Shown piece after piece: positions 10,580 through 22,062 of a stretch of 64,000 nucleotides of DNA; the stretch's first letter is position 1; every line of letters begins with the position of its first letter. The translations under genes and the position numbers were made by a program. Source of the DNA: Naegleria gruberi (lineage: Eukaryota). The notes under the pieces were generated by a model. It was not told the DNA's origin and searched no databases. It was given only the letters and a program-made list of their open reading frames with translations. The stretch is taken from NCBI GenBank assembly GCA_000004985.1, contig GG738877.1; one strand, 5' to 3'.

Positions 10580-13236
10580 CTAATTGATTTCAGGAATGCT
10601 ATGGTATGATTTCTTCCTCCTGTATCTTAAAATTCCAATGACCAACAAGACAACACAAATAACTAACAGGATGCACAACACAACTCCACCACTCACAGCT
10701 CCAACAATTGCAGCGTAAGGTGTTCCACATTGAGCTCCTGAAAAACCATTTTCACAAGCACAAGTATTGTTGAGAACACAAATTCCATGATTACTGCAAT
10801 TTGCAAATAAGCCATCACATGAAAATATAGAACAATTTAAAGAACCATTCCAACCTGGGTCACATGTGCATGAGTTATTGGAGGAACACATTCCGTGACC
10901 ACTGCAATTATGGAGGCCATCACATGAAATGGCAGAACAAGTGCTGGTTCCTCTCCAACCTGATTCACAAGAACAAGTACTATTCGAAATGCAAGTGCCA
11001 TGACCAGAGCAGTTTCTTTCACAAGAAAAGGTGCCACACATTGAATCTCCTTGCCATCCACTGTCACATTCACAAACACCTCGAATACAATCACCATGAA
11101 AATGACAAGTTTCCCTTAATCTGTCAATACAAGTTCCAGGATTTCCATTTGACAAAATTCTCAATCTTGATGAATCTGAGTAAATAAGATTACCATTGGA
11201 TGTAATTGCCACTCCTGAGAGTTCACCCATCATCTCATCATTTCCAATGAGTGTTACAATTGTTTCATTACTAAATATTTTCCTTACAACCTTATTAAAC
11301 GAATCTGCAATATAAACTTCACCAAATTTGTTGACTGCTATTGCCTTTGGATTATTAAGTCGTGCATAAATTGCTGGTCCATAATCTCCAGTATATCCAA
11401 CTTTTCCATTTCCTATTGAAATCTTTAGAAATTTTGAAGAAATTTAAAACGTACCTGCAATTAAAACAAAACCCTCACTAGAAGAGTACTTGAAAATTTG
11501 ATTTTCAAGAGTGCAAGCAATGTACAAATCGCAAGATGGTCCATAAATCAATTGTTGTGGCAAAAATTGTACTTTAAATGTTAAAAACGGTCAATAAAAA
11601 GGAAAACAAACCTTGATTTGGTGCTTGGATAATTGTTTGAATTGTAAAGTCATTGTAAACTCTTCTAACTCTATTATTCCATGTATCTGCAATATCAAAT
11701 AGAAACTCGCCTTCCATGCATTTAGGCGGTAGAGCTAAACCCATAGGTCTATTCAACAAACAATGAGAAGCTGGTCCACCATCTCCACCAAACCCTTGCT
11801 TAATAATTGTTTCTACCTAAATGTTTACAATAATTAATACTTACAATTCCTGTACCTACTAGGGTGGTGATAATTCCATTTCTGTCAACCATTCTAATTC
11901 TATTATTATTGGTGTCAGCAATGATAATCTCTCCTCCTTTCAACACAATTACAGAACTGGGATTTGATAACAAACTTTGATTAGCTGGGATGTGGTCATG
12001 AGTGTACCCTAGCTGCTTGAAAACTCCAGCAACAATATTCATCAATCCAGAAGTAAGATTAACCTTCAATACTACTGAAGAAAATGCTGGAAAGTATACT
12101 TCATAATCATTAGAGAACCATATGGCACCAACCTCTTCCAAATAATAACTTGTTGCTTCCATTTTTGGTTGTAATTGGTAAGGAAGATGACCAGCAATAA
12201 CCTGATCTTGTGTAACTGAGCTGGTTCCATGAACAGATAATAGTGCAATTTCTGTGTAGGGTTTTCTACAGTCAGTAAGATAATACACTTGACAATTCTC
12301 ATTGCAAATCAGAGAAAAGAAACTCACTCCATTCTTGCTTGAATGTAATCTCTTAACAGGATAAGGTTCAGTATACATTAACAAATAACTGTCATCGTTG
12401 GCAATTAACATGTTATTTTCAATATATTCCACTTGAGTTGGTCTCATATTAACTGGTGCACCATTAATTGACAGTTTCTTTACATAACCATTCATATCTA
12501 TTTGTAATATTCTTCTATTTCCAGTATCTGCCACTGTCATTAACCCATTAGGAGAAAAAGTGACACCTCTTGGATCATTTAGCTTACAATCTGTTGGAAT
12601 ATTTCCTAAACAATGGTCAATATTAACAACCTTATTATTTCCCATTACAATTGAGCAAATTGCAACATCTCTTACTTGTGTCAATTCTAATTTCCAAATG
12701 AAATTGGCATATGCATCAGCAATATAATAATCTGCATTAAACTTTGTCATTTGGACTCCCAAACCATACGTTTCATCTTTGGTTTTATATGTCAAAGTCA
12801 ACTTTGAAATATAACCAGATGTCAAGTCCAAAACTCTGATGCAAAACTCATCCAAGATGTAAAGACAATTGGTTGATGCATTAAAATAGAGTCCTTGTGG
12901 TCTAATCAATCTAGTTTCAATAGCTAATGAGTCATCTGGACTGTCAACATCTCGTCCACATATTCCAGTGCCAGCAATCACTTCACTGTAATTGCCTTGA
13001 ATTCTTCTGACAGTACACAAACTCACATCAGACACGAAAATAATAGGTTCAGCATTGGCATGTGTTTTCACCACATGTATTCCTCCATAACCAGCTTTCA
13101 AGGGAAAATCAAAGGAATGGAAAGAGTTTCCAATACTTCCACCAACTGTTGCAATGGTTTCATGACATTCAATATTAACACGCAGAATGAAAAGGATTAA
13201 CAAAAAGTAGCAAACTAATACTTGTGAAAGATACAT
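10580..13236 (-). CDS. Type I membrane protein with signal peptide, NHL-repeat region, 5-6 EGF-like repeats, TM helix and short tail; 4 exons: 13236..11860, 11816..11612, 11571..11455, 11412..10580
   Basis: The N-terminus MYLSQVLVCYFLLILFILRVNIECHE is a signal peptide. NHL-type repeats follow, for example IAGTGICGRD, NNRIRMVDRNGIITTL, GFGGDGGPASHCLLNRPMGLA and GYTGDYGPAIYARLNNPKAIAV. EGF-like repeats follow the pattern CxxxGxCxxGxCxCxxGWxGxxC, for example CHFHGDCIRGVCECDSGWQGDSMC. A TM helix VVLCILLVICVVLLVIGIL follows, then the tail RYRRKKSYHSIPEIN. Introns are 43 nt (the alternative reading is 28 nt), 40 nt (GTTTGT..AAAG) and 42 nt (GTACGT..ATAG). Confidence 0.75.
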
Positions 13237-13527
13237 GTCAATTTGATTTTTTTAATTTAAACTATTCGAAAGTTGCAGAAATGATAACACTGCAAAATTA
13301 GCAGGTGTTTCTGTAGAAACTCCGCTTTCCAAAAGAAATGAGACTGTTCCACATTCCATCACATGTAGGATTCGTACTAAACATTTGAATGAGCCTGCAA
13401 AATTGTATTTGAATATTAACCTAATAGAATCGAATAAGATTTTTAATATTTAAAACAATTAATAAATTTGAAATTAAAGAACTGTTATGAACTAGGTTGT
13501 GGTTGACCACAATTTTGATCAAAAAAA

Positions 13528-14889
13528 ATGGTTTCTGATAGTGAAGACGAATCATACAATGACGATTTTTTCTTTGATGATTCATTCATGAATGAAGAAG
13601 CAGAAGAAGAAACAATAATTAATAATAGCGAAGAAACAATCATTAACAGCGAAGAATTAATTTCCCTATTGTTCTACACTAAACATAATTTACCTACTTC
13701 TCGTAGTGGTTCCTTGCTGTTGGGATCAGAGAATGTCATGACACATTCGACAATATTATTCACGTATGGAGGTTAGTTTCGAATATTATTTTTCTCCAAA
13801 AAGAGAAATTAATTGGAAATTCTAGGAGAGCATATTCCAAGTAGAATTGAAAATGAGAATATTTACATTTTGAAATTATCAAATCTGATCAATCAATTAT
13901 CTATTTCATCATTAAATTATGAAACTAATCGAGTGGAATTAATTTGGGAGGAAATAATTCCAAATAGTGAAAAAAAACCAATTGGAAGAAAACATCCATG
14001 TCTTTCCTATGATAAATCTAATCAATTAGTTTACTTATTTGGTGGATATGAGAATGGAAATTATTTGAATGACTTGTGGGTATTTGAATTGAAAAGTAAA
14101 AAATGGTCAATGATTGAAACATTTGGAGAAATTCCAGTGGGAAGATGTGGAGGTGTTGCCAAGTTTTATTCGAATGGAATGTTTTATGTGTTTGGAGGGT
14201 ATAATCATAAGGAAAGAACGAACGCCCTTTTTGAACTGGATCTCAAGACAAGAGAATGGAAACAAGTGAATTATTCAGAAACAATTCCAATCATGACACC
14301 AATTAGTGAACTTTCGTATATTTCAGATAACGTACTCACAGTATTGAAAGTGGATATTTTACAAGCAAATATGTTTAAATTTAGTTTCAATACTAGACAG
14401 TGGATTATCAAAAGATATAGACAATTTCCTACTTCAGATACAATATGCTTGTGCTGGAGAGAATCTCAAAAATCCAGCAACGTTGGAGAAAGTGTCTTTG
14501 CACTATTTCAGGAATCTGGAATTTTTGATAGCAAAAAGGATAAATTTGTGCAAGGTACTGTACAAGTTATAGTTGAGTTTGATGGAGAGAAGGATAAACT
14601 CATTCTTCATAAGCTCCCGAAACGACTTGTTGAGAAACCATTTGAGGGGACATTTATGTTTGAACTCAATATGTTGTGTTGGGTCTGGATGGATCATTAT
14701 ATTACAGTACAACCAGTGAGAAGACCATTAAGAAGGTTGACAAACAAGGTGCAATTTCGATCATTGTTTGTGCTTGGTCCTGACGAATTGTGCTTGTTAA
14801 GAGTGAGAGGTAAATCGAAAACTGAATATTTCTTTAATAATTTGAAAGGAAGTACGAAATTTTCAGATTTACTAATCAAAGTTCAATAA
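13528..14889 (+). CDS. Kelch-repeat protein with acidic N-terminus, 2 exons: 13528..13771 and 13826..14889
   Basis: Kelch-type GG/W motifs: VYLFGGYENGNYLNDLWVFELKSKKWS and MFYVFGGYNHKERTNALFELDLKTREWKQV. One 54-nt intron (GTTAGT..CTAG) joins ...FTYGG|GEHIPS in phase 1. Confidence 0.75.
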
Positions 14890-15043
14890 TTTTCATACAT
14901 TTTGAAAATCGTTAGTGTTATTTCAAACTGTTGTTGTTAATTTCCCTAAGCAGGAAATTTGGGCTTGGATATTGGAAATATCTATCATCATCATCATCAT
15001 CGAATAGACAGTCCTGTTTTAATCCGTGTAACAATTGAGAGTT

Positions 15044-15748
15044 TTATTGATTTGGAGCAGTATAGGCCACATAGCTAACAGTTGATGTTTTATCCACAGT
15101 ATCCACAACAGTTGATGCAGAAGCATTCGATTCAATAGTTGAACTAACATTCCTCAGAGGTGCTCCTGTGCCATCAAACAGTGCACCATTAGCACTCTTC
15201 AGAAATGAAAGTGATCCAATCAATGAAATAATCCAAACCACACCCAAAATCAAAGCAAATATAAATGCAAAGGTTGGATCCAAATAGGTGAACGTGTTAA
15301 CCATTGTTGTGGTCACGCTCGTTGTGCTGGACATGATGGATTTCAACTTGTAGGGCAGAACTGTCTGATAGAATTCCCATAACGAAAATTCGATGGCGCC
15401 CTGAGTGGAAACAATGAATAAAATTGTTGGAATTAGGAAGAGTGTGCAACCAGAGTGGAGAAAGGAAGTTGTCTTTGCCTTGTCTTTGAGAGAGGCAATT
15501 TCAAAACCAACTAACAAGCCGAAAGTGCCTAAAATTATTAGAAACATATCGGCGAGTACTAGAAATACATTGTGGGTGGCATAAACTGCCATTGCATATG
15601 CGTACCATGGATAGAGTGTGGCCAAATGGTAGACGATCATTAGTAACCCTATTAATATTTGGAAAATACTCGAAACTTTGAGGACAAGCATTTCGACTCT
15701 CTTTTTTAGTATTGGAAACTCGATAGTGTGCTGGTTGAAGAGAAGCAC
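15044..15748 (-). CDS. Small 4-TM (tetraspan) membrane protein, paralog 1 of a divergent pair
   Basis: 234-aa ORF with four hydrophobic helices and a Ser/Thr-rich C-tail. It shares the motif LVLADMFLIILGTFGLLVGF with its partner 15970..16485, which has LLFSDMFLITVGFVGMLLFI. Confidence 0.6.
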   Translation of the reverse strand: MLLFNQHTIEFPILKKRVEMLVLKVSSIFQILIGLLMIVYHLATLYPWYAYAMAVYATHNVFLVLADMFLIILGTFGLLVGFEIASLKDKAKTTSFLHSGCTLFLIPTILFIVSTQGAIEFSLWEFYQTVLPYKLKSIMSSTTSVTTTMVNTFTYLDPTFAFIFALILGVVWIISLIGSLSFLKSANGALFDGTGAPLRNVSSTIESNASASTVVDTVDKTSTVSYVAYTAPNQ

Positions 15749-15969
15749 ATGGTCGGGAAAATGGAATGAAAATTAAAGTGGTTTGATGTTCTCAATGGTT
15801 GTTCGCTAATGTTGTTTTTTAAGCCGAAAGAATTCGAAATCAGTTCTAATAGAAGTTTTTTTTAGAGTTCGCCTTTCAGGTGTATTTCTTAGTGAGTATT
15901 GTCCCCAACTGAGTCCTTTTCGACATGATTCACCTGTAACTGCTTATTAGAAACAGTAACACTAAAAAA
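15749..15969. promoter_or_regulatory. Putative bidirectional promoter between the divergent tetraspan paralogs
   Basis: A 221-bp spacer lies between two head-to-head start codons. The call is inferred from gene arrangement only. Confidence 0.35.
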
Positions 15970-16485
15970 ATGGCCAATCTGCGTCCTCTATTCTTTGTTT
16001 CGAATGTTTTTCTCATACTGTTGGGTGTTTCATCTTTCTGTGCTCACTTTGCATTGATGATTTCTTGGTTTATGACAAACAGTTACTCTGGCCTCTATAA
16101 TGTGAGGACATACTCAATCTCGGATCTGTTTCTTCTCTTTTCTGATATGTTTCTAATAACTGTTGGCTTTGTAGGCATGCTCCTTTTTATTTCACCATCT
16201 TTCATGTCTGATTCGAAACTCAAAATCTTACAATACTTTCATTGCCTTGCCTCAATCTTTGGAGTATTCGGTGTGCTGTTCACCTTTCTAATAACTTGGA
16301 CCCATCAATTTGCTCTCTCTGTACTCTTCCAAGAGGTATTATACTCGGTGAGTGAGAGGGATATCATGTCCTTCCTCAATCCATCAGTGAATGCTTTGAT
16401 ATTTATATTGTTGGGTGTAGAATATTTGCTGTGCTCAATTTCTTCCTTCATTGTTTGTAAAGACAAGTATCCTAGCTTGTTTTAA
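15970..16485 (+). CDS. Small 4-TM (tetraspan) membrane protein, paralog 2, divergently transcribed from a shared 221-bp promoter
   Basis: 171-aa ORF. It has four hydrophobic segments and the shared SDMFLI-x-G-x-x-G-x-L motif. Confidence 0.6.
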   Translation: MANLRPLFFVSNVFLILLGVSSFCAHFALMISWFMTNSYSGLYNVRTYSISDLFLLFSDMFLITVGFVGMLLFISPSFMSDSKLKILQYFHCLASIFGVFGVLFTFLITWTHQFALSVLFQEVLYSVSERDIMSFLNPSVNALIFILLGVEYLLCSISSFIVCKDKYPSLF

Positions 16486-16631
16486 TCAGTCATTACTAAA
16501 TAAATTCAAATAACTAAGGAATAGGATCGTTAATAAAGGAAATTGATACAAAACAACCAAAAGCATAACTTTAGGTTAAAAGGAATATTATAATTTTTCT
16601 ATTTAATCTATTTTTGATTTTATTATTGAGA

Positions 16632-19600
16632 TTAATTTGTAGTGAGAGAGTCTGAAGATTCTGAAGGATTCAAACTACCACTGTCATATGATTTCCTAGC
16701 CAATCTTCTATTCTCTCTCCATTTGGCAAGAGTTTTGGCAAGATATCTGAATTTTTCAAGTACAAAGTTTTGAGAGGAAAAGTAAACCAATTTGAATAAA
16801 CTTGATGGTTTAACACAAACCATGGCAATGAATGCAAGAATTCTAAATAAGAAACCAAACGCCAACAAGACTAATGGATTAGTATCAATATTATCCCAAT
16901 TATATCCCATATTCTTCAAACTTGTATTCAAGTCATATAAATGTTTGTAGGATAGAATTTCATTGAGATAGATTGTTTCATGACTATATTTCAAATAGGA
17001 AACATCTGGGAAGTATTTGATTGGGAAATACATGTCCCTCAATGTTGGTAATGGTGTAGTCATACCACTGAAAATATTAATAATGAAAACAATCACTACT
17101 GTTGTCAATTGTGCATTACTTGGATTCACTAAAATACTCACTAAATATCCTAAACCAAATGAAACCCAATAATTCAATAATAAAGCATAATAATAATCCA
17201 ATACTGATGCAGTTGGTGCAACAGTTGTGTAGAAAATGGTCAAGAATACAAATGGAGCCAACAAGTTAATAAATAAATTAGAAATATCCTTTGCCCAATA
17301 ATAAGCAAAAGTTCCCAATCCAGATTGACTTTCACGATAGAACACCAAATATTCCTTTCCAAATACTTTCAATGCAGCCATACTTCCCATCAAAGCCATA
17401 GCCAGTGACATTAGTCCAGCAAATGAAGCAACTGGATCATCAATTGGTTGTTTACATACATCTGCTAATTCTCCTGGACATTGTGAATAGACATTCTTTG
17501 GTAATGGTCCAATGTAAACCTTATTATGGAATAGTAATGAAAGGAATGAAGCACAAATGAAAATCAATCCAAAATCTAGAGCTATACTTTGTAAACTTCT
17601 CAATTGTTGAACAAAACTTCTCTTTAAACACATTAAGAATTGCATTATATAATTCAATTGAGGATCTTCATAGACAGCCTTATTATTTCTCTTTGGAATT
17701 TGATATCCGAAACCTCCATCTAAAATGGATGTACTCCGTCTCTTACTATTATCATATTTCTGCTTGTGCTCTTCCCAATGTGAAGGTAACTCTTTAGGAT
17801 CAATATTATTCTCTAACCCAGCTGAAATATCCATCAAATAATCAGCAAAATTAATTCCCTCAGATTTTTCACATTTAAATTCCTCTTTGAAATATTCCTC
17901 AACTCTATTCACAGGTCCTAAATATATTGTTCTTCCTCCCTTTCCAAGAAGTAATAAATTATCGAACATTTTAAATATTTCATATCTAGGTTGATGGATG
18001 ACAGTGATAACATTAATACCAGTTGAGGCAATGGTTTGTAAAACTTCACAAACTTCCTTAGAGCTTGCACTATCCAATCCAGATGTAGGTTCGTCCAACA
18101 ACAATACTACAGGTGATGCAACTAACTCCATTCCAACATTAACCCTCTTTCTTTGACCTCCTGAAATACCACGATTTTCCTGATCTCCAATAATGGAGTG
18201 TCTGATATCTTCCAATCTTAATACTTTCAAAACATCATTCACAATGGCTTCTATTTCTGCTTTACTCTTTCTTTTATCTAATCTAGTTCTAGCCGAAAAG
18301 TATAATGTTTCTTCAACAGTCTTTGTGAATTACCAATGTTAATTGTCAATTTTTATATCAAATAAACTTACCATGGTTGTTAACATGATATCTTCTTGTG
18401 GCACGAAACCTATTCTTCTATTATATTTAGATAATGGTTCTTCTACACCATTTATATAAATACTACCAACAGTAGTTCCATAATAAGCTCTATTAGCGAG
18501 TGTTGTAATGAATGTACTTTTACCACAACCTGATAAGCCCATTACCTATAAATATACCAAAATAAGTTGTTATCAGTTTCTAATAATAAATATTCGAAAC
18601 TTACAGCAGTCAGTTGACCATGTTCAATTTTACCAGTCACGCCATCAAGTACTTTCTTACCAGAACCTCTCAAAATTAAACCCAAATCTTTAAATTCAAT
18701 ATCAACAGTAAAATCATCGTTAATAAAACTTCTAGTGGCCATATGTGTGTCATTTCTCTTCTTTGCCTTTTTAAGCAAATATCCTGAATGATAAACCTTA
18801 TTCTTTAAAGATTTCAAATATAAAGCATGAAGGAATTTGTACGTAATTCCAATTGCAAATAGTGAAATAATAAATAACACAAATAAAACAATTCCTCCAG
18901 CTGTCATTGTATCAGCACTTGATCCTTCTGGACATTGAGACAAAAACCATGAACATGATCTTGGTACTATAGAACCAGGAGTACAATAATAACCTGATGG
19001 GCATATTATCTTTCGAGATGGATCTGGACAATAATGACCTTTTGGACATAGCTCATAAGTCATGGATCCATTTGGACAAAATTGTTGTGGATCACATTTG
19101 GCTACTGTGTGAGGTGTTTCACAATAGTTTCCAGCTGGACATGGTCTGATAGAATTGTTAACATCCTTTCTATTACAGTAGTATAAAAATACTTACTTAT
19201 TGTCAACTGTTCCAATAGGACAATAATCCATTGATTTGTTTGAAAATTTACATGGAATTGGTTCAATCACTGATGCATTTGGACAATAAGTATCAGCAGG
19301 ACATCTAATATCAGCATATTCATGTCTCTTGTCTATTATCCATAATTAGAATACATATCATTTCAAAAAAACATACCTTCTTCAAATGCAAATCTGCCCA
19401 AATTACAATAATCTCCATTTTTACATTCCTTCAAATCTCTATCACTGGTATAATATTTAATATTCATATAATAACTAGGCGGAGCTAAAATTGGTTCAGT
19501 TTGAGTTGTATTGCAATAAGCAGAGTTTGGACATTGCTGAACTCTTGACTGTCCTTCATTAAAACAAGTATAAGTTCCAGTTTTCGAATAACTGAAACAG

Positions 19601-21624
19601 GGGTTAGGTTTAACTCCATAATCACATATTAAACCACTTGGACATGGAACTTTCAATCCATGAATGCAATAACTCCCAGATGGACAACGTTGCATTAAGA
19701 ATCCTTTCGAATACAGTCCATCATTAATGTCAGATGTAATACTTCTCTTTTTGATATTATAACAACTAGTACCAGGATTACAAGTGTTGGCATAATAAAT
19801 AAATTTGTTATCATCAAATGAGGTTGGTGGATTTGCCTTACAAATATCTGAGAAGGGTTTAAGGAAAATATTATCAGGATCTTTTTCTAATTTTTTACAC
19901 ACTTCTACATAGCGATTATATGAGGAAATATCTAAAATACTACGACTGGTTGTCACTAACAAATGTTGGTTGTTCTCTGAATGGTCCAAATATAGTATTG
20001 GACTTGGAAATTTCAAATTGTTAATCTTTTTCAAATTGAAATAACCCGTTCCTCCATTATCTTGTACAAATGCTAATGAAATTATATCAATATTAGTATT
20101 CTTTGTAGTGATGAATAGAGATTCTTGCCAATAATTTTGAAAGAATGTATAAAGATCATCATTTTCTGTTGTTTTTGTAAATATTTCAGTTTCAGTTTCT
20201 ACATTGTAAATAAAGTAACCATTATCATCGTAGTATTTTTCACTATTTGCTGAATCGGACTGACCAATATCAGTAAATCTAACAGAAACACTTTCAATTG
20301 GACCTGAAACATCAATGGCCTTCTCATTGGCAATGTAACATTTTCCATATTTGTAATATTGAATTACCGTGCAAGGGAAATTATTATTTCTGGAAGCAGT
20401 ATTTGTAATTACTGAATTATTGGATGAATAATCAGCAAATTCAGCAACATGATGAACTAGTAATATGTTTTGATTCTCATATCCAATTGCAATATAAATA
20501 TTTTGAGAAGTTGGAAACGTATAATTTTGAAAATCAATAAATGGCTTTCTAATAGTTTCTGGTATTAAAGTAGCAAATGAAATTGTTTTTGAATAGCTCA
20601 TATAGAATGTATTCAACCGATCTTCCTTATTAAAGTCAATTGGTTCAGTAGAATTATTTTCACTAAATTCATAAACTCTCACCTGATGTGGGGAATATAA
20701 GGTAACTAACATTCTTCCTGATGAATATCCATTAGTTATGAATAATTCTTGATCTATTCTCATTGGTGAATCATTTTTAATATCAATCATTTGGGTTGAT
20801 AATTCAAATTTCAATTCGGAATTAGATTTCAATAACCATTCATAAGCTTGATATTTTGAAATTTCATTAAATTTTAAAATGTAATCTGATGGATTCTTTA
20901 CATTTCTATGCAATGTTACAATGTAATTCTTTAAATTCTTTACATTTCTATATAATTTGAATTGTTTCAATTCGAATCCATCAATTCTACTGGTAACCAT
21001 AAATAGTAAATTCTTGTCAAGAAAAACCTTTAAAGTGTAATTAATATCTATAATTGCAAATATGTTATCATTCTTAACCTGATTCCACGAATTTAATCCA
21101 TCAAAATGTGTAATATTTGGATCTTTCATTGATTTTAACAATGTGTAGATGCTTGCAGAACCAGTTGTTTGATCATTCGAGGTAACAGTTAAACCACCAT
21201 CTTGAAATGCTTTAACAATAGTTAATACTTTCGATTTGGATCCAGAAAATGTTTTAACACCAATCAATGCAACACATTCACTTCCTCTACATTGATAATT
21301 AACATCATAATTGAATAAAGAATCGATGGATGGTGACGATTCCAACTGAGAATAACTTGTGGAGAATACATTTGAAATTGGACACCAATTAGTTCCCAAT
21401 TTTTGTGATCGGAAACTGTAGGCACAAATATCCTTCAATGAAACTCCTCTAAATAATCCATTCACACCACTCATCATGTGATGTTGTCCAATAATTATTA
21501 TCATGCATAATAATAATACTTGATAACAATTTAAAATTGATGATGAAACAATTCTTTTTCTATTAATGGTATGGATAGCACTGTTGTTGTTGCTGCCGCT
21601 TAGGTAGCAGCATGTGAACTGCAT
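16632..21624 (-). CDS. ABCG-type half transporter (NBD then TMD) with an ~850-aa N-terminal extracellular domain, Cys-rich repeats and an extra TM helix; 5 exons: 21624..19377, 19332..19197, 19145..18605, 18545..18372, 18320..16632
   Basis: Walker A is VMGLSGCGKST in exon 4. The ABC signature ISGGQRKRVNVGMEL and Walker B LLLDEPTSGLD are in exon 5, followed by a 6-TM ABCG-like domain. The upstream ORF 19363..21669 is joined through 44-nt, 51-nt, 59-nt and 51-nt introns (GTATGT, GTAAGT, GTAAGT, GTAAGT), all phase-consistent. The ectodomain begins with a signal or anchor (ILNCYQVLLLCMIIIIGQ) and ends with CPxGxYC-type Cys repeats, for example CPSGSYCIHG, CPSGLICDYG, CPAGNYCETP, CPKGHYCPDP and CPSGYYCTPG. 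A TM helix GGIVLFVLFIISLFAIGITY follows. The first true ATG is at 21624 (MQFTCCYLSG). The ORF-track start at 21669 is a TTG. Confidence 0.8.
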
Positions 21625-21911
21625 GGTGGTACTGGTAAATTTTTTTTTAATATGATGTGTAAATGTCAAGTTTTATGTGTAATAATGTACTGGAAATTCG
21701 AGATGGAAAGTCTTTGGAAACAGATTAAATTGTGTTATTACATGGATATTAGAAGATTAATAGACGCTTCTTAGATTTATTAATGCTCTTAATAGTAATC
21801 AGATGTTATATGTATTTCAGCTCTAGATATGGATTTGGAGAAGCAGATGTGAAGCTTGTTTAAGTGTAGAATCAAAAAGAGAATGTAAAATGTTTGAAAA
21901 TAAAAAGGAAA

Positions 21912-21984
21912 CGCCCACCGTGGGGGTCGAACCCACGACCACAAGGTTAAGAGCCTTGCGCTCTACCGACTGAGCTAGACGGGC
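21912..21984 (-). tRNA. tRNA-Lys (anticodon CUU)
   Basis: The minus-strand sequence is GCCCGTCTAGCTCAGTCGGTAGAGCGCAAGGCTCTTAACCTTGTGGTCGTGGGTTCGACCCCCACGGTGGGCG. It forms a cloverleaf with a 7-bp acceptor stem including two G-U pairs, a D-arm, an anticodon stem CAAGG/CCTTG with loop CTCTTAA (anticodon CTT), and a T-arm GTGGG-TTCGACC-CCCAC. It has no intron and CCA is not encoded. Confidence 0.9.
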
Positions 21985-22062
21985 TACACACAAATTATAT
22001 TTCTTCAAAAAAATAGACAACAATTTTAAGTTAAATCATTGTACGTTTTATTGGCTTAAAAC

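Noticed and set aside
18508-18693. 61-aa plus-strand ORF
   Set aside because: It is antisense to the ABC transporter Walker-A exon and intron 3.
19363-21669. 768-aa ORF as an independent gene ending at TGA 19363
   Set aside because: The C-terminal Cys-repeat pattern continues seamlessly through three short introns into the ABC transporter N-terminus (CPSGSYC...CPAGNYC...CPKGHYC...CPSGYYC). It is treated as exon 1 of the ABC gene. The annotated TTG start at 21669 was replaced by the first ATG at 21624.
21823-22023. 66-aa minus-strand ORF (MLSIFLKKYNLCVARLAQSVERKALNLVVVGSTPTVGV...)
   Set aside because: Its central residues are a direct translation of the tRNA-Lys gene (GCCCGTCTAGCTCAG...). 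It is an ORF-finder artefact over an RNA gene.
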